From NCBI GenBank assembly GCA_958009085.1, contig OY253684.1, positions 1 through 64,000 on the forward strand: a DNA stretch of 64,000 bases. Reading direction: 5' to 3'. This document shows positions 59,501-64,000 of the stretch, in pieces. The translations under genes were made by a program, and so were the position numbers. The first letter of the stretch is position 1; each line of letters begins with the position of its first letter. The notes below the pieces were generated by a model, which was not told the origin of the DNA, made no database searches, and was given only the letters and a program-made list of their open reading frames with translations. This DNA comes from Protoeuglena noctilucae. Its lineage: Eukaryota.

Positions 59501-62500
59501 ATGTCGGCGCTGGAGGACTCGGTGGCTCGTGCGGACATTTTTGAGGCGCCGTCCCCACGTACCGGGAGGGCTCTGCCCCCCTGGGGCCCCGGCAGCGCTC
59601 GCGGGGGCCGCAGCCGTGGACGCGGGCCCCCAAACCAGCTCCCTTCCCGCCCGCCCGCCGGCCGCGGAAGTTTCCGCGGCCCTCCTCCCGGGCCGTACGC
59701 CTTCCGCTCCAGCGCGCCCGAGATGGGAGGGATGCCGCAGCCTTCCCCGGGCCCTGCTTTCGCTCGCCCGGTGCCCTTTGCTGCGCCTGCCAGGCTGCCC
59801 CCGGCCCACCCTCTCGCTGCCACCGCCCCGGACCACGCCATGCACGCCCCGCCCGGGGTCGCGACTCACGGCGACCCCCATGGCATGCCCCCGCCGCCCC
59901 AGCTCCACCGCCCGCCCCCTGCACCGTCGACCGGCAAGCCACCCAGGTGTGGGGTGGTGTGCACGTCATGACAGTGTATCCTTGGTGTCTCCCTGAGCCT
60001 ATCTGACTTTCTGTACCACCCCACGCAGATTGACGGCGGTGGAGGCGCTGGTGCGTTCCCATCAGCTGCAGGCGGTGCTGGCGGAGGCGGCGGCCAGGGC
60101 AGTGGCGCTGTTTGAGGGAGCGGAGAGGGCACGGATCGAGGCGCGGAGAGCAGCGGCGGCACAGGACCGGCGACGCATCGCAGCGGCACTGCAGTGAGCC
60201 ACAGCCACAGTTATCATGCCACGGACACTTTGTGCGATGACGGAACTAAGCCTGCCACCATCCCGTGCCGTGCTTTGCCACTGCTCTTGATATGGACTTG
60301 CATCCCTCTCGCATTCTTCACATACACCATCACCAGCACCACCACCCATCACCTCGCTTGCCCTCATCGCAGGATCGAGGAGGGTCGTCTGCGGGAGGCC
60401 GAGGACGTTGCAGCGGTGGAGGCGCTAGCTGATGAGGGGACGGCGGAGGCGAGGGGGGCGGCGGCGCATGCGGCAGAGGTGCGGGAGAGGGTGCAGGCGT
60501 TGCGGAGAGAGGCGGCGGAGGGGGCGAGGAGGGAGGGAGAGGCGGAGGCAGAGACGAGAGAAGGGGCGAGGCGGGCGGCAGCGGTAGCAGCTGCAGCAGC
60601 GAGGGTGGTGGCGACGGCGCGGGGGGAGGCAAATGCGGTGGCGACTGCGGCGACTGCGGCGGGGCGCGAGGGCGAGGCGTGGCGGCTGCTTGCATCGGCA
60701 GCAGATGGGTATCGTGCGGCCGAGAGCGCGCTGGGTATGGGCGCATGGGACAGGGCAGTTGGGGCTGAGGACGGCGTAGAGTTTGACTTATTGAGCTCGT
60801 CGGGTCCCATGGATGCCCGGTGGCGTGTCGAGGAATTGGAAGAGGAGCTGGGGCGAGTGAGGGCGGAGGCGGCGGGGGCGGTGGTGGCCGCGGAGGAGCG
60901 GTGGCGGGTGGAGGAGGCGAGGAGAGTGGAGGAATGTGCAAAGAGAGTGGAGGAGGCGGCGGAGGGGGAGGGGAAGGCCCTGGTGGAGCGCGTGGGGCAG
61001 GTGACGAGATCGGTGGTGCTGTGAGCGCAGGCCCGTCAGTGCTGTCATGGCGCGTTCCATGTTAATACATATTTGAGATCGATGCATCTAACCCTATGCA
61101 TCCTACAACCCCCGTTGTCCTCCCTTTCCCGCAGCTCCGCGTCCCTGCCACCTCAGGGGCCCTCTCCCCCCCAGGGGTGGTGGTGGCAGCGGTGGAGTTG
61201 GCGCTGCTGCACGGCCGCCGGGCTGCCAGGAAGCTGCAGGCGGTGGCGAGGGGCGCGAGTGCGGTGGGGGTGGGTGCGGCAGAGGACTATGAGGCATGGG
61301 CGTTGGTGGCGGGGGTATCGGGAGAGGGAGAGGCGAGGGCGGGGCGGGTGGTGCGTGGGGTGGAGGAAATCATAGAGGCAGTGAGGAGGGGGCACGTGGG
61401 GGTAACAGACCGGGATGCGCTCTTAGCGGGGCTGGAGGCGGTGGCGGCGGCGGGGAGGGCGGGGCACGGGGGTGGCGATGGGGACGTGGCAGCGGCGGTG
61501 GCGGCGGGGGGAGTGGAGGCGTGGGGTGGGTCGGACTGGCGGGGAGATGGGGAGGGGATGGGGCTGGGGCGAGCGGTGGGGGATGAGGGCGAGGAGGGCG
61601 ACAAGGGGTGGGCGGTGGGGCAAGGGGCGGGGGATGAAGGGAGCGTGGGTGTGCCTGCGCTGAGTGGTTTAAAAAATGCCCAGCTGAGCCCTGGGGAGAT
61701 GTCATTGCGGGTGACGGAATTGGAATTGGAGGTGCGGCATTTGAAAGCGAGGCTGCGGGCGACGGAGATCGACTTGGGCAGGGCGGAGGAGGAGCGGAGG
61801 AGGTGAGTGGATGTGTGGATGTGGATGTGGGGTGACTGGTGGTGGTGGTGCAAGAAGGGTCGCTGGTGGGCAGGAGAGGGAGGTGAGGGTTGTAGTAACC
61901 AACAGGGCAGCACAGTCGACAGCACGGTGCGCTTGCGTTACATGTTGAGAGTGATTTGCGTCCCTTCACGTCCCCTTGCAGGTTGTTGGGCGACGAGGGC
62001 GGCCTTCGTGCTGCGATGGAGGAGGTGGAGGAGTTGCGTGCGCAGGTGGAGGTGATGGGCAACTACGACCGCACGAGGGGTCAATTAGCAAAGGCCATGG
62101 CGGGGATGCAGGCGGAGAACGCCAGGCTCAGGGAGAGGCTCAAAGAGGCCACGGGTGAGTGAAGGGTGGGGGTGGCAGTGGGGGTGGTGTTAGGGGTAGC
62201 AGTGGGGGTGGCAGCAAGGGTGGCAGCAAGGGTGGCAGTGGGGGCAGCAGTGAGGGTAGCAGGGGGGGTGGCAGTGAGGGTGGTGTTGAGGGTAGCAGTG
62301 AGGGTGGCAGTGAGTGTGAGAGCGCGACTGTTGTGCAAGAGACAGTACCACTCACCGCCCCTCTCCCCGCTCTCCCCCCCCGCAGTGGAGGGTCCCGGTG
62401 CTTCCCGCCTGGTCCGCGAGTATCAGATGAACGACCAGCTGCAGCTGCAGCGGAGAGTGGCGCGGGCGGAGGCAGAGGCGGAGGTGCTGCGTCGGCAGAT

Positions 62501-64000
62501 GGAGCAGTTGCACGAGTGGGCGGCGGCCACGGGGGCCAGGAGCCAGGCGGAGATACGCAGGCTGAGGGCCGTGGTGGGGAGGTGAGAGAGGGAGTGGTGG
62601 TGGGGGTGGGGGTGGGGAGGTGAGGGGGAGGAGGGTTGTGGGGGTGGGGAGGTGAGGGGAGGACGGTGTGGGATAGAGTAGAGTGACTACATAGCAATGT
62701 GATACGGCATAACTTGCGTCGCCTCTCCATAACTGCACCCGTCTGCGCCCTTGTTAAGCTTATTATCAATCCACCCCACTCGTGTCTTCATATCCAACGC
62801 AGATACGAGCCCCAGTCGGTGTCACCACCCCCCGGCATGGAGTTGGCTCTGAGGCGAAAGCCACGCAGTGCGGGGGCACTGGGGCTGGCACCCATTGCAC
62901 GCCTGGGCTCTGCGGGGGGGCTTGGGACAGCGGGGAGGGGGTTTGATGTTGCGAGTGGCAGTGGCAGAGGCGGTGGGGGGGTTGTGGAGGGTGAGAGTGG
63001 TGCAACTGCGGTGGGGGGCAAACCCTGGGAGAGGGCGAGGCGTGGGGGTGACGGTGCAGGGACGGACTGGGCGGGGGTGGCGCATGCGGCAGCTGTGGTG
63101 GAGCACACGGGTGGGATGGGACTGATTACGGGGCTCATGAACGATCCGTCTGCTGCGGAGGTGCCGCGAGATCGCATACACAGGGGGGCGGGGGTGGGTG
63201 GGGGGGTGGCAACAGGGGCGGGTGCGGGTGGGGGGGTGGCGCCAGGAGTGGGGGCAGGGGCAGGGGCAGCAGCGGGGGTAGCAGTGGGGTTAGGAATGGG
63301 GGCAGGAACACAGGCAGCCCCTTCTGCAGTGCCTGGTATGGGCCCAGTGGATGGTGTGCCTGGCAGGGGCGGTGGTCGTGGGGTGCGTGGTGGGTCGTCG
63401 CTACGAGCGAGGGACGCTGTGGTGCGGCGGAGGGAGGTGGCGGCCTTGAAAGAGGGGTCTGGGGGTGTGGGGGATGCTAAGAGTGGTGGAGAGGTTGAGC
63501 TTGGGCCTGTGGATGTCGATGCGTTGCTGCGGGCGCCGGTGCTGGCGGGGCCAAGGAGCGAGGAGCGGTCCGCGGGTCGGCTGTTCGGTTTGAATGCGCT
63601 GGGGGAGCCTGAGCCGGAGCTGGCGTTCCTGCCGGGGCTGGCGATGTGGGCGGACGGGCCGGACGGGAAGGGCGGGACGAAGGCACTGCCCGAGACGGTG
63701 TGGAACCAGGTGGGATAGGTGTGGGGGTGGTGGGGATGAGTGTAGAGATGGTAGAGATGATGTGGAACCAGGTGGGGATGTGAGAAGAGACGGTGTGGAA
63801 CCAGGTGGGTGTGGTGGGTGGTAGAGATGGTGTGGGAGCAGGTGGGTTTAGTGGGTGTAGTGCGTGGGGATGGCATGAGCGAGGGTGATGGTATGCGTGG
63901 CACCAGTTAATGTTCACCACTTCATGTCCATTGCGATGCCACTACACACTCATCATGGTCACTCGTGCCTGTGCAGTTCGCCAGGGGCACGTCGATGACC
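59501..64000 (+). CDS. Large coiled-coil protein, multi-exon, truncated by the window end
   Basis: Pro-rich first exon, then E/A/R heptad exons (LRVTELELEVRHLKARLRATEIDL; MQAENARLRERLKE); acceptor at ~63976 continues past the end. Confidence 0.6.
62163..62320. repeat. Degenerate 12-bp intronic tandem repeat (GGGTGGCAGTGA-like)
   Basis: About 13 units in register, which generate the spurious VAVR/TATL ORFs. Confidence 0.85.

Noticed and set aside
62081..62338. TATL/VAVR/GGS repeat ORFs
   Set aside because: Translations of an intronic 12-bp tandem repeat between a clear donor (~62155) and acceptor (~62385).

Overview
This is the left end of a GC-rich eukaryotic chromosome. It opens with a (CCCTAA)n telomere and then carries about 27 densely packed, intron-containing protein-coding genes, with one 200-N assembly gap. 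Gene content (plant-type DEL/E2F, plant-like thioredoxin, DUF212, OPR-like protein, CHASE-cyclase, Tctex dynein light chain) suggests a compact-genome flagellate green alga; this is inference. Recognisable genes are PHF5A, DEL/E2F7-8, AP-1 gamma, an M50-like membrane protein, DUF212, a PAM2 protein, METTL21-like, IGHMBP2 helicase, a thioredoxin-like protein, ABHD18, a kinase-cyclase, a GGCT-like protein, a WW-like protein, TMEM42-like, TruA, a CHASE cyclase, Tctex1-family, SEC1 and GDT1. Exon boundaries were assembled by eye from splice signals and frame continuity, and most long ORFs in the supplied track are shadow frames. The most interesting signals are: (1) a secreted precursor with RxL-type sites separating poly-Lys and acidic blocks; (2) a TruA gene with no AUG of its own, abutting a TMEM42-like gene; (3) about 10 GC-AG introns; (4) two apparent pseudo-enzymes; (5) an IGHMBP2 with its R3H domain at the N-terminus; (6) a small CX3C-rich gene missed by the ORF track. 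No RNA genes, CRISPR arrays or intact transposons were recognised.
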